In this document: piece by piece, positions 50,903-63,865 of the stretch | Layout of the letters: each line of letters starts with the position of its first letter | Position numbering within the stretch: the first letter of the stretch is position 1 | Assembly (NCBI RefSeq): GCF_001194135.2 | Contig: NC_069001.1 | Span: 20,198,650 to 20,262,649, forward strand | DNA from: Octopus bimaculoides | Lineage: Eukaryota | DNA: 64,000 nt | Direction of reading: 5' to 3' | Notes under the pieces: generated by a model | Seen by the model: the letters and a program-made list of their open reading frames with translations, nothing else | Told to the model about the DNA's origin: nothing | The model's database searches: none | Position numbers and translations under genes: made by a program

Positions 50903-52639
50903 GTGAGTTGGTTTCTTCATGTTACATAGCAAACTAGACACTCCTCACTTCAGCCAATAAATTTAGAAACTGTAATTAGAAACTTCTTTTTTGCTAATCA
51001 TATCAACCAACACATAACACCATTACTACTCTCTGCCTGTTACAATGTTGCTGTCATTGGATCTGGGAGGGGGGGGGGTTCTTTGAAAGTGAGCTTTATT
51101 TGTTTATTAGTTTCCTTTAATTTTGGTGTGCATGAAATATGTTGAAATTATGAGAAAATCACATGCTAGGTAGGGTCATTGCTAGGAGACGAGTGAATGA
51201 AAAGTCTGTTTTAATAAGTTGCGTGTACTTTCCTACCTCCATTACAACTCTTCCATTTGTGTTACTTTGATGGTTCAAACATCCAAGACATTTTTCCCAC
51301 TCTGAAAAGACTACAATATTTATTCTTGAACTAATATGAAAGATTTTGATTGTTGTTTATGATGCATGACATTATGAGTGCTTTTGACTAGTGTTTGGCC
51401 ACTTCTAGTATGCAGTAGCAACAGCAGGAGAAACAGCAGAAACACCAACAACACCTTTTTAGGTGTTTTATTATTTTTTTTATTGAAGAGCTGGTCAGCT
51501 GCTAAACACAGGTGAAGAAAATGCACTGCAAAGCTCTTTTTAGTTAGAACCCATTTCCACTGTGCTTTTCGTTACTTCATTATTCATATATTTATCTCAT
51601 ATTTTTTCCTTTTCTAGTGAAAGGCATTTAAGGATTTATATTGCTAATAACAACACTTGCAAATACTTGACTTATAACATCACCCAGTAATTTCTCCTCC
51701 ACTCATCACACAACCATCACAATTGTCGCATAACTATGACATCATTAATAAAGACTGGGTTTCTTGCCTTTATGTTTAAATCAAATTTAAACAATAGTGT
51801 GAGCCTTCAGTTAGTGAATACTTGCACAATATACCAATACATAAAAGCTTGATTATATTTGAGCTTTAATTGAAACCCATAGGTAGTCTTCAGAGTAGAA
51901 ATATTGTCATGAAAACATACTGTATGGGGAGAAATGTGGGCCATAAATAACTGACAACCAACCAAAGGTTTGATGGTTCACATCCTGTCACTAGTAATAT
52001 GCTACCACTTAAAAAACTAACAATAATTATTTCTAAACTAATATCATCATTAAATGTCTAAATATCTGAAATGAGTTAATATAATTATAATTTGAGAACT
52101 GTTAATCTCATCTCTAAAAATGAAATTATTCATTTTATATTTATATTAATGCTACATTTCAGTTAATTTGATTTCTAATCACCATCAGATGCATTAGTGC
52201 TGGATCAGATTTTAAGTAGGAATCCTTATCCAAAATTAAACATAACAAAGCTTTTGACTGTGTCTGATGTGTGAATCTCATAGCACAACAAATCAATTAA
52301 ACTATGTCTAGTATGCAAGTCTATCAAAATTGTCTACCTCTGTACTCTATCAACCTTTCAGCACTTATGTACTTTATGTGTACTTTACTCTCTCTGACCC
52401 ACACTCTATCAACTCTGCTCAAAGTTTGGTTTTGTACCCCACTCATTCTCTTTTATGTCAACAATCTACCCGTTGTATCCAACTTAGACACCTTGCATCA
52501 AACCTACATTGAATCCATTAACAGATATAGAAAGCATTTTTCAATGGAGTTTGTACCAATCTTGTTTTCTTTAACAGCACAAAGACATAATCACAACAGA
52601 TAACACAACCATCACACCCTTCCTAGATAGGAACAGCAT

Positions 52640-52960
52640 GTAACTAGAACACTAAAAGTTGCTACAAATTTTAGGCTATTCTATCACTGGAGAATATCTC
52701 CTGGTAAATGGAAATACTCAGTATCAAAAAGAGTGGCTTTCCTCCTCTTAACTAGAAAATACTTCATCCCTTATGAACTTTTAATCCCCTACAAATTTCA
52801 GATGAAACTCACAATAGAGTACTCCCATACCTGGGGCAGTATTATTGCTACACATTCAAACATTTCCAACTGTCTCGAAAGAAAGTCCACCTGATCAACA
52901 CAAAACTGCTCACTGACAAATTCCAACTTTTAGGCCACAGAGGTCCTTTCTTCTCTCTGT
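52640..52960 (+). mobile_element. Decayed CR1/L2-group LINE, ORF2 C-terminal fragment
   Basis: Remnants resembling LG-SI--ISW, RKYF-PYELL, IEYSHTWG and LERK..LIN. Confidence 0.4.
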
Positions 52961-53429
52961 GCTTCTACCACTATTACAATGACCTGCTCCTGGATTGTAC
53001 TGGCTGGATTGTACTACCTCCCCTCAAGTACATGCAACTTATTCATCTCTTGTATTTTGTCTGAACTAGTCCTGGGGCATTGTCCCTCTAGAATTCTACC
53101 CCTGCACATGTTTTTCTGCAACTTGGAACTTTTAACCATATCTATCTCACAAGTCTAATGGTTTGTAAAATAAATTCAATAAAAAGAAAATTCTCTTACC
53201 CACTATATCACAGATGTATGTACACTATGCCATTGATACATGCGTATTCAGCTTTTGTATATTGGATAGGAGCAAGCATCACTTCCATTAGTTCTTAGTT
53301 CAAATCCAGTCCAGTACAATGTATATCCAGGAATAAGATATTTAATGATGATTGGAGATCAAAAAGATCAAAATATAGTGTAAATATGTAAATATGAAAA
53401 AATCTTCCATATCTAATGATGAGGTTAAT

Positions 53430-54160
53430 AACCTATAACAATATTTCTTCATCTTATCTCACACCACTGTCAATATTATCATTGTACCATAAGCATATTT
53501 TCCATACCTCAAATGTATTATATGAACAGAAATCTTTGAGAAATCTCAAAAATGTTATCATCATTTGCGATTTCTTGAGTCCTTTTCTGAAATGATCTGG
53601 AAAAGGTTTAGATGGATACTTGCAAATATTTTTTCTACAATGAAAAGCAATAATGCAATGATATTCTGTGATAATACCCATAAGATTTTTGAAATTCATT
53701 GGGAAATTGGCAGTCTTATATTTCCACGATCTGAGTGAAAAGCCTGGTTTCAAGAAGTAGTCACCCTTGTTTTAGTAATTCAAAAGGAATGTTGTCTGGT
53801 CCTGGAAAATTTCATAGTTTCATTTTGTTCATACTCTTGAAATTGTTGTTGTCTTCATCTATGGCTGTTCAGGATGGTGTGACATATTTCTCAAGAAATC
53901 CTCTGCTATTGTTGAATTCTGATTCAGCAGAGAAGGAAAAATGTCTCTTCCAGCATTTGAGGATATCTTGTCAGAGCATCTGCAGTTAGAAGGTTATTTG
54001 TTGATGTCTGTTTCTGGGTTAAACAGTTACTTCAATTCCAGCAAAATAATTTCTAAAATCATAGGCATCTGCATAGCTTTGTAGCTGTATTGCTTCTGTG
54101 TTATTGTTTTGTATTTTCTGAGTTTGGTTTGTCATTAGTGTTTGAATTTTGAAATCTAGA
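53430..54160 (-). mobile_element. Decayed RTE RT fragment
   Basis: FPGPDNIPFELLKQG*LLLETRLF, PNEFQK and IALLLFIVEKIFASI remnants of RT domains 0-2. Confidence 0.65.
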
Positions 54161-54288
54161 ATAATATAACCAGAATAATGTTTACTTTTTGTTTTATTGA
54201 AATGTCTGTTTTTAAAATTCATAAATTAATTACATATTTATTTATATATACATATTTTCTTTCTTTTTCTCTTTCTCTCTCTTTTCAG

Positions 54289-55258
54289 AACTCATTTAAT
54301 GGTATCAAAGTTCCTGGCAATAGAACTAAGGTGCCGGAGGGTCAACTGTCCTATCCTCTGCCGTTATCAGCTGATACCAATAGTAACAACAGTACTCAGG
54401 ATACTGACATCTACTCAAACAGGAACATCTTGCAAACGGTGTCCCTGGAACCAAGGCCAGCTTTGCCCCCACTTACGTCTTCTTCTGAAGGACAGTTTCA
54501 ACTACTATCACCAAACTGTGATGCCTGTGGTGACAACTACAGTTCTCTCAGCAAGAGTGATAACCATTCAGGCAATCACATTGCTGGTGAGCGAAGCATT
54601 TCAAAGACCCGGAATCTTCCGATTAGTGCTCAGCAAAAAACAGTTGATTCCGGATCTTCTGCTTCCTCTTCTATAGACGTTAGAGGTGGCAAAGATGGGG
54701 GAAATGATTATGCAGGTAATGACAACTGCATTCACTGTGACATTAGGGGCACTGACTCTAACACTCTTCCTTCTTGCACAGGCACAGATTCTCACCTTTC
54801 AGAAAAGACAACAATAAATGACAACCGCATTGATGTGTACAAAACTCTCACTGGCAGTAGTGTCAGTACAACTACTACACCAAATACTATTATTGATACT
54901 ACACCTCCTACTCTATCTACCATTACCTTTAGCTCTGCCATTGCTGCTACTTCTATAGACTCTTCTACTATTGTTACTACCACACTTACTTCTAGTGCTG
55001 CTGCTACTACAGCTACTATTTCCAAAAGAACCAAGGCTTCTCCCACCCCTAATACCACAGCTTTGACGTCCATTTATTATCCCCATAACAATGTGAGTGA
55101 CTGTGGTGTTGGCAATGCCACAAAAGGCAGAACTACATCAATTATCTCCGCTGATTATTTGTGGCATCACCTGGAGCAGCTGATGTTGCATAGAAATAAC
55201 CAGATAGTTAAACTGCTTTTCAGCTATGGAATCAACAACAGTCCAATCCCCACTTCAG
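54289..55258 (+). CDS. Large coding exon of unidentified host gene (Ser/Thr-rich; may instead be terminal, ending at TAA 55327-55329)
   Basis: Very strong polypyrimidine acceptor ttttctttctttttctctttctctctcttttcAG|; stop-free 323 codons NSFNGIKVPG...PIPTS; donor CAG|GTAGGA at 55258; frame stays open 23 more codons to TAA. Confidence 0.8.
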
Positions 55259-56759
55259 GTAGGACTATGGAACATTCCAAAGAGAACCACATTTGGAAAA
55301 GAATTGAAGAACATGTTCCCACACTTTAAACTAAGTTTAAATGCATATGCACATACAGATAACACACCTGCGTGTTAATTTGTGGGACAAATTTCATACC
55401 ATCTTATGGTTAAAAGAATATAGGAGCAAGATGCTAAGAAAGTAGTGTTGTTATTCACATAATTATGTACAGAATTCCTATTTTCAATTCCTAGAGATTT
55501 ATAATAGAGATTACAACAGGAATGTTTATCATTCCACTAGGGACTGACAATAGGTATTGTTTGTTATAGTATTAATATTTATTAATACCACTTTTAGTGA
55601 CACTAACTCTTTTTGTGTGTCTGATTGACATAAAACTTGGTTTAGTAATTGGAATGCCATCCAACAAAACCAAAATGCAAGTCTAGAAAATGGATGTAAA
55701 ATAATAAACGGTTAATGCCTACATCATATGTATGCAACAAAGATTGTGTGTGTGTGAGTACACACACACTCACACATACATACATACACATACACACATA
55801 TTTATATTTATTTATTTTTTACAAAAAAATAGTTGACTGTAACTCCAAAGTTTCGCTAATGATCAACTTCATCAGACAGCCTGCTGAAGTTACTGTCAAC
55901 CTTTTTTTTATAAAAATAAATTTTATACACTACATTTTTCTGTTATTTTTAAATATCTTTATGTATAGCTATACATAAAACACATTTATATACATAAACA
56001 CATACAGGTGACAATTGATTAACTACATATATGTATATGATAATGATAAATTCATATACATTCAGAATTTTTTTTTTTAATTCTATGTTAATTTTTTTTA
56101 AGATTATCTAATATTTGTTTTATTTTTCATTAGCTACAGAAAGGTTAAAGTTATATATGTATCAATGCAGCTTTGTTTTGTTTAATAAAAGAACATAATC
56201 TAATGCAAATGTGTTAAGAACGGATGTGTGTGTGTGTGTGAGTATACACATATACATGAATACATAGGTACACACACACATGCTTATATTTTTCATTAGT
56301 AATTGGTGTTATGATGGAAGAGCAAACATCACGTATTATAAACAAGTAAGTAATTTTTCCAGGTCCACCAATTCAATCAACACATCAAATCCCTCAGTTT
56401 TGTTTTCATTTCTTTTTAAAACAAAAAATTGTTGTCTTAAAATAAAGTTTTTCTGAAGTATTTATTTTTTTCTGAATTTATCATTGAGTTATGCTAGTGT
56501 GACATTAGTGCTGAAAAATTATTATTGTTGTTGTGGTTGTTTATTTTAACTGTTTTTCAAACATCTAAGTCCAAAACATATTGCTCTGTGTTGTCCGTAA
56601 AATCACCAACATAGGGTTTCTTCTAAGAAACTCCTCAGCTCAGTGCAGAAGTTGTAGTTGTTTGCATGAAATTTACCTATTTCTTTTTAAAATTTTCAAA
56701 ACATGGCATTGAAATATTTGAGAGAAAACCAGGGGAGTTTGAGCTCTGATAACAGTACC

Positions 56760-58170
56760 TTCCCCATATTAAACCAAAGTATTACCACTCTCACCAAAAC
56801 AACACCAACAATGAAAATGAGAACAACACACCTGCCAATGACACCTCTACAACAATTACTGCTACTGCCATCACCACCAGCATTAATTAATACCAATACA
56901 ATAAATAATCGAAACACTGCAACAAATATGTTGACTGGTTGTGGTTTCACTGCTGTAGTGTGCACACAGGAAGAAATTTTTTTGTCTATCCAGGATTTGA
57001 AAAACTGTTAAAAACTTCCTCTTGCGATATGGTAGAATCATATCCTAGAATATTCCAGAAAATATTTTGCAAGAAACTAATCACTAAACTATCATGTTTA
57101 GATGTATAGGAGTGAGAAACAGGGTAATACAGCAAGCAACACCATAGCAAATAGGCAAATATCTCAGCCTAATCTGGGATACTGAGATACACTTAGGTGG
57201 AAAAGACTCAGTATGGTACAGGTGAAATTTTTCCAACAATGGATGAAGCCAGCAAGCACTCCACAACAACCCTAAATAGTAACAAACTGGTCCTCATGCC
57301 AATCTACTTTAGCCAGAGAGTAGTGAAAATAAAGGCTGTCAGTATGCCACCAGAAGTAGACATCTGCTAGTTGGTGGCATCTGTTCTTTTCAATATAGAG
57401 GACAAAAGCCACATATTACAGGTCCAGAAGCTGTAGAAAAAATTAGGCCAAGGAATGGAGGTATTGATCAAATAGATCAAGAAAGTATGAAAGCCATCCC
57501 AGACCTGATTAATTTGCCAGGTGGCTTACAACTGTTCATAGTCATTAAGGGCTGAAAGCTAAGGTGTTACTTGTATGGTAATACAAACTATCTAAAGGCT
57601 TTTATGTCTACAACAAGGGAGAGGAGAAGGATGACCGCTGTCATCAACACCGTCACCACAGCAGCAACCACCATCAACAAAAACAGCAGCAGCACCTATT
57701 GTAGCATGCATCTGCAACAGAAAAATCAGCAACACCAAAAGTGAAAGCAATAACAAAAGAACACCACCCTCAAGGTCCAATCCATCACCAACAACAATGA
57801 TAATTGAAAGCCCCCAAACAACAACAACAACAGTAAAAAAGGCAAGCACCCACAAAACATGCTATTCTCTGCTTGAGATCACTCAGACATTTCATGGCAA
57901 AGGTGACAGGGAACAAACTAAATCACTGAAAAAGAAGAAGACATACCAACAAAAAAATGCTGGGAGGGTCAAAGAAATGGAAGAAGTGACACCCAACACC
58001 ACCACCGCCAATGTTACCAACACCTAAACTATTTACACCATCATGAATGCAATCACCACCACCACCACTACCAACATGACAAATACTAGCACAACGGAAT
58101 CCACAATTAAACCAACATGAACAACATCTACAAAGAAACGACAATCAGAAGTACAAACAACAGAGAACTA
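56760..58170 (+). pseudogene. Possible decayed non-LTR ORF1 (gag-like) with Thr/Gln-rich low-complexity tracts
   Basis: Broken peptide LRYGRIIS.NIPENILQE...LVLMPIYFSQRVVKIKAVSMPPEVDI..LVASVLF flanked by (ACA/CCA)-rich tracts; many stops; no splice signals. Confidence 0.35.
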
Positions 58171-58242
58171 GGAAGCCACATAAAACAACACACATCAAAC
58201 TTCATGATTTCATCACATCGACAAATGACATACTAATATATA

Positions 58243-58585
58243 CCTTTTACTTGTTTCGGTTGTTAGACTGTGGGCATGTTGGAGCACTGCCTTGAATTTT
58301 AGTTGAACAAATCAACTCCAGTACTTATCTTTAGTAAAGCCTAGTAATTATTTTGTCAGTATCTTATGGGGGATGCAACAAACCAACACCTGTTGTCAAA
58401 TGGTGGTAGGGGATAAACTCAGACACACATATATACAATAGACTTTTCCATCTATCAAATCCACTCACAAGGCTTTGGTTGATCCAAGTGTATAGCAGAA
58501 GACACTTGCCCAAGATACCATGCAGTGGGACTGAACCCAGGAAAATGTGTTTGAAAAACCAACTTCTTACCATACAGCCACGCTG
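58243..58585 (-). mobile_element. SINE family A, older copy
   Basis: Collinear with 16295-16705 with deletions. Confidence 0.75.
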
Positions 58586-59782
58586 AATTCTTAAAATAAC
58601 TCAATAAACATACAACCAAATTATAGCCTGATGGAATGGAAGATTTCTGGGCAGGGTGGAGAGATGATAAAAGATTATTAAGACATTTAAGAGTGGAAAC
58701 ACCCATTAGCTGGAAGGATGGAATATCTGTTTTACCACTGCATTAAGGTAAATGGACCTGTCTCATCTGTTTAACATGGCCTTATTTAGGTGGTGCAAAT
58801 GCACATGTCCTGGAGTCATTGTGGAAGCAAGGACACCTGCTCAACAACCTTGGATCAGTAGACATAGATATGTCCAGAGTTTATGGGACGACAGATATTA
58901 CACCCATTTTCAATGGGTACAAGGTATACACAAATCCAGGTTGACTGGGGAGCAGAGTTGTGTTGTTTCAGAGAGGTATGGATCTTACTATATACACCAG
59001 CAGTGAAGGCCATACTTTGAAATGCATAGCCTCCTCTGGCCTGACAGGGATGACCAGATTTGTTTTGGTAGCTAGAGTGTTTCTTGGAATGTCCTGCTCC
59101 TTAGTACTAGTGGGATATTGAAACAGTATTGGACTGTATCAGGGTAACTGATAGGAGAGGGAAGGTTCAAATGTTTCTAACTGACTGATAATAACTGGGT
59201 TTTCCAAATGTACCAATGTGGACATGGTCAAACTGCTTAAAGTCATACCGATTTGTAAAATTTTTTGTATTCCAAAAGATTTAATGATCAGCTACACAGA
59301 CCCAAATTTGTGATCTGTATAGTTATCTTAGTCTTTGAAGACAGCCTGGTCACTGGAAACTAAACATATCACTCACAGTATGCCACCAAGATTACAAAAA
59401 CTGTATTAATTAGCAGGGGTTGATGAGGGCAATTCTCAACAACAAATACTGGTTTGCTCTGCAAAGGGCTATTAATGTAGAATTGTCAAGGTTTAGTGAG
59501 GAAGTAATGATAAAGAAAACTAGAATGGAGGGAGACTTAGAAACTTAGAGGAGGGGCTGAGGAAAGGCATCACAACTAACATTCTTGCTGCAAGTTGACA
59601 AAATCTATTCAATTAGCTTGAGTAACATGGGTACAAAACGGCAACAAAGCACAATTCAGATTTTGGCAGACCACAATATTATATGTTGACTCCCAAACAG
59701 ATGAATGTAGCTTTTCAATGACACTTTGTTCAAAACAAGTGGTGGACCAGGTCACCTTCATTGGCTCAAATAAGATTTATTA

Positions 59783-60205
59783 CTGCAAATCCTCGAGTAT
59801 AATCTGCACTCTTTTCCCAAAATTTAAAGGTCAAAATTTCTAATGCGTACTAGATACTAGATTAAAAATGAAAAATATTTTCTAAGCAAAATTTCCTAAG
59901 TGATAAATATGTAAAGGCAATTTACTTAATATTTATTTTTCACTGACGTTATTACTGTTATTTCTGTATTTTCTGCAAACAAAGTGCACAAAAAAGCTAC
60001 ATGTTTGCATTATGTTATACATACAATAATAATAAAGGACATTACCGTATATACATTTACAAACCAAGGTCGTTATATAGACCTCCTTGACTCAAGTTAG
60101 AGAAGGGGTGCGTATTATACACAAGGTTTAGGATTTTCAGAGGTACAGCCCCCTAAAAATCCCCTGTGTATTATACTCAAGGTCGGACTATACTCGAGGA
60201 TTTAT

Positions 60206-60207
<2 letters not shown>
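59783..60207. mobile_element. pogo/Tigger-type MITE, 425 bp
   Basis: TA-flanked TIRs CTGCAAATCCTCGAGTATAATC and GACTATACTCGAGGATTTATGG; subterminal g(c/t)gtattatac repeats. Confidence 0.8.
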
Positions 60208-60246
<39 letters not shown>

Positions 60247-60644
60247 AATAATACAGACGGAAAATGGAATATATGAGAAACTTTATCGCTCACAACGATC
60301 GTTTTGACACATCTTGCATCGATCCTTCGTGGGTGAGAGACAACCGGTTTTGGTGCATCCCTCGTTGCAAGTGTATCTCCTCAGGTGATGTTATAAGGGG
60401 TATCTCGTTAAATAAACTCTGTTTTAATATAGCATGTTGTTAGTGACAGTATGTTTAAGCAGTTAGGCAGGAATGGTGACAGACGGATTCCATTGCAACT
60501 TTATCGACAAAGACAGGGAGTAATTAAGAAAAATAAGACGGAAAATAAAAATAGAATATACAATAAAGTAAAACGTTATTTGCGTTAGTACCCACATAGT
60601 TATTTTCGTACCCACACTAACTGTTCTCTTGCACACAAACTCCC

Positions 60645-61246
60645 ATATGCGACTTCCATGTGGAGTTGCTTCTGCTGCTCCAGAAGAACCTTGAGGACGA
60701 ATTTTGCCGACACATTCCGCATACACAAATCCTCCATTGAAATGGAATGCACTGACCCTGTGCTTATTTCCACTTCATGAGGAATTTCCTGAATTGTTTA
60801 TACGACAGTCTTCCATGACCGAACCTTTTCAATCGGCTCCTCGTTTCGGCTTGTGGATGGCCTGTTTGAGCGTGCATCGCTCTCCATTGAGATGCAGCCA
60901 TGTTTCAAGCGGCTGTACTATTCCTTGATCTGCGTTTTGCTCATGGCCTGCTGAATCTTCGATTTGAGTTTGATTTTCACCAGACTTTTGGCAAAACTTG
61001 ATGGAATATATCTGCTCGATGCGTTTGGTGAAAACGAAAATCCGACGTGCGCGCACTACACGTCTGTACTCTAGACGTAACAACTAGGAACTGATTCGGC
61101 CTACCAGCGCGAAAACTTTCACGTTTGCGCAGGAAGGGTGGCGTCACTTCCCACACAAAAGATTTTGCCCACACGGCATTAGTTGTAGTACCAAAAAAGA
61201 AATCAAAATAAATAAAGAAAGTCAGATACTTTTTGAGTGCACCTTG
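60645..61246 (-). mobile_element. mariner element, 5' part only (TIR plus HTH region)
   Basis: TA-CAAGGTGCACTCAAAAAGTATCTGAC end; EQIYSIKFCQK...SMESDARSNRPSTSRN...EISTGSVHSI..EDLCMRNVSAKFV with frameshifts. Confidence 0.85.
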
Positions 61247-61497
61247 TATGTATGGCCAGTAAATTTGGTAGAAATAACAGGCAATTCTGTCTCAAATGAA
61301 GAGACCTCTACCTTGTCAGTAAATTTACTAGAAAATAATGATATTCTGTTGGTAACACTGAAGAGAATCGACATAAAGCTGGATGAATTGCAGCAAAATT
61401 AGTGCAAAATGCCATTTTTGTATAAAACCTGTGTTTGTAGGTATAATTTTCAACAATCAGGAAACTACTTAAACATTTGGAGGATATGTAGCATTAC

Positions 61498-62400
61498 GGC
61501 GGGGGTAAAGATTATGGACTGCACCCCCTTTGCAATGTTTTTTTTTTTTTTTTTTTCACAGGAATACACTATATCTTGGGCAGAGATACCAAATCTGCAA
61601 AAAAAAATCTGCATTTCAAAATTTAAATTCCTCCCTCTTCTTGAACTTTCACTGTTTAAAAAAAAAAATTGGGGGTGGGAGCGAAATACATAGAAAAATA
61701 CGGAGATTATGNNNNNNNNNNNNNNNNNNNNNNNNNNNNNNNNNNNNNNNNNNNNNNNNNNNNNNNNNNNNNNNNNNNNNNNNNNNNNNNNNNNNNNNNN
61801 NNNNNNNNNNNNNNNNNNNNNNNNNNNNNNNNNNNNNNNNNNNNNNNNNNNNNNNNNNNNNNNNNNNNNNNNNNNNNNNNNNNNNNNNNNNNNNNNNNNN
61901 NNNNNNNNNNNNNNNNNNNNNNNNNNNNNNNNNNNNNNNNNNNNNNNNNNNNNNNNNNNNNNNNNNNNNNNNNNNNNNNNNNNNNNNNNNNNNNNNNNNN
62001 NNNNNNNNNNNNNNNNNNNNNNNNNNNNNNNNNNNNNNNNNNNNNNNNNNNNNNNNNNNNNNNNNNNNNNNNNNNNNNNNNNNNNNNNNNNNNNNNNNNN
62101 NNNNNNNNNNNNNNNNNNNNNNNNNNNNNNNNNNNNATTTTGAAATTTTTTCTTCTTTGGTGACCAGCATTCAAAGTTTGAAAACGAGTTTCTAGCATGT
62201 CAGGTTTCCAAAATATTTTTTTTAAAACGTGAAAATTTAAGAAATTTATGGGGTGGGGGGTGAAGAGGGGGGATTTGAATTTTAAAATGCAGGTATTTTT
62301 GCAGATTCGAAATCCCTGCCCTTGATATAGTGTGTTCATGTAAAAAGAAAACCCCAAAGAAATCCCAAAGTGGGTGTGGTCCATGATCTTTACCTCCGCC
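61498..62400. mobile_element. Mutator-like (MULE) non-autonomous element, interior in gap 61712-62136
   Basis: Perfect 9-bp TSD TAGCATTAC (61489-61497 and 62401-62409); long imperfect TIRs starting GGCGG(G/A)GGTAAAGAT(T/C)ATGGAC, alignable for about 170 bp. Confidence 0.8.
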
Positions 62401-62474
62401 TAGCATTACATCTAATTTTTAACAGGTATGTCGTTATTGAAAATGTTTCTCTTTAAAATGTTTTCTCTATAATT

Positions 62475-62807
62475 GCAGGTGTGGCTGTGTAGTAAGGAGT
62501 TTACTTCCCAACGACATAGCTTCTGGTTCATTTCCACTGCGTGGCATCTTGGGGCGACCAAAGCCTTTTAGTGGATTTGGTAGACAGGAACCGAAAGAAA
62601 CCACTTGTGTGTGTGTTTTCCACCACCGCTTGACGACAGGTGTTGGTTTCTGTTACTCCCTGCAATTTAGCTGCTTTTCAGTAAAGGCAACTGATAGAAT
62701 AAGTATCTGACTTTTGAAAAAGTCATGGGGTCGATTCCTTAGAGTAAATCCCTTCTACGTGATGCCCCAGCATAGTCACAGTTGAATGAGTGAAACTAGT
62801 AAAAGAT
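62475..62807 (+). mobile_element. SINE family A, internally deleted
   Basis: gcaggtgtggctgtgtagtaag head through gaatgagtgaaactagtaaaaga 3' end. Confidence 0.75.
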
Positions 62808-63629
62808 ATGTATTCCAACTTTCTACATGCAAAGCACATACTTTTTGAAAACTCTTAGGAAAGTATTTTAGGGAAACTGTCAGTATTACACATTTTGATT
62901 TGTACTGAAGAAATTGAGGCTTTCTTTAGTATCCAGGAATTGAGGTTTTTAAATATGTGTTGAATCACAATTTCAGGTTTGGAACAACAAAATAGTGATT
63001 ATGAAGAAACCCTATAAATTTGATAAAGTATTACAAAATACCTGATTTCTATTCCAATGAATTCTAACAAATGCAAAATATTTTTACGTTTCTAAAAAAG
63101 TGATAATATTTTAAGAAAATATTTGAACATAACTGAAGAATTAAAATATCATTTATTAAAAAAAGGTTGACAGCCACGTTGAAATCTTCGATTATGTATT
63201 TAGAATAATAATAATAATAATTTATTTGGAAATTTGCATTTATTCGCAAATTTAAATCACAAAGAAAATGATTATATTGCAGTTGAGAATATAACAATAA
63301 CAGCATGGAATGTTGGAACTAAGAGGGTAGTTACTTACGCAGGCATCAGTAAAGGGACATAATCTAAAAGAGTGTACAGATAGTTGCCTCCCTTATCTGT
63401 ACAAAAGTTAGATAACTTAATTTAGATTAACGTGATTTCACAACTACCTTTCGAATTTAACAGTTAAAAAGTAGCGAATAGGAATCTGTTCAGTTTGGCT
63501 TCCAGATTTTTTAATTAACTTTTTTTTTAACTAAACAGTTTGAAACTTCCTATACTAATGTAATTTCTCACACAGAACACGGTTTACTTTGAAAATTTTT
63601 TCACAAAATTTCGTATTTTAGAAGTTACT

Positions 63630-63730
63630 TAGCAGAGATACCAGGCGCTGCTCGCAGTTCAAACGGCATAGTTTTTAATTGCGCACATATTTGGGTGTAT
63701 ATACCTATATATATATATACATATATATAG
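63630..63730 (+). mobile_element. Possible Helentron/DINE-like terminus
   Basis: tagcagagataccaggcgctgctcg resembles the CTAGCAG..ACCCGGCGTTGCTCGG terminal hairpin, followed by a (TA)n tract. Confidence 0.3.
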
Positions 63731-63865
63731 GGGTAAATATTAGATATATATGCATGTTAAACGTAGAGACTTAGTGGGGGAATTCTAATGATAGCAATTT
63801 ACAATTAATTAATTAAAAATGAATGCTTGAGAGTTTGAACTCGGATTCCAATATGTTTTTAATTG

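Noticed and set aside
53735-54050. Plus-strand ORFs upstream of the big exon
   Set aside because: They are the antisense of a decayed RTE RT fragment.
61255-61405. About 50-codon coiled-coil-like frame (…LKRIDIKLDELQQN*)
   Set aside because: No acceptor, sandwiched between transposons, too short to support.
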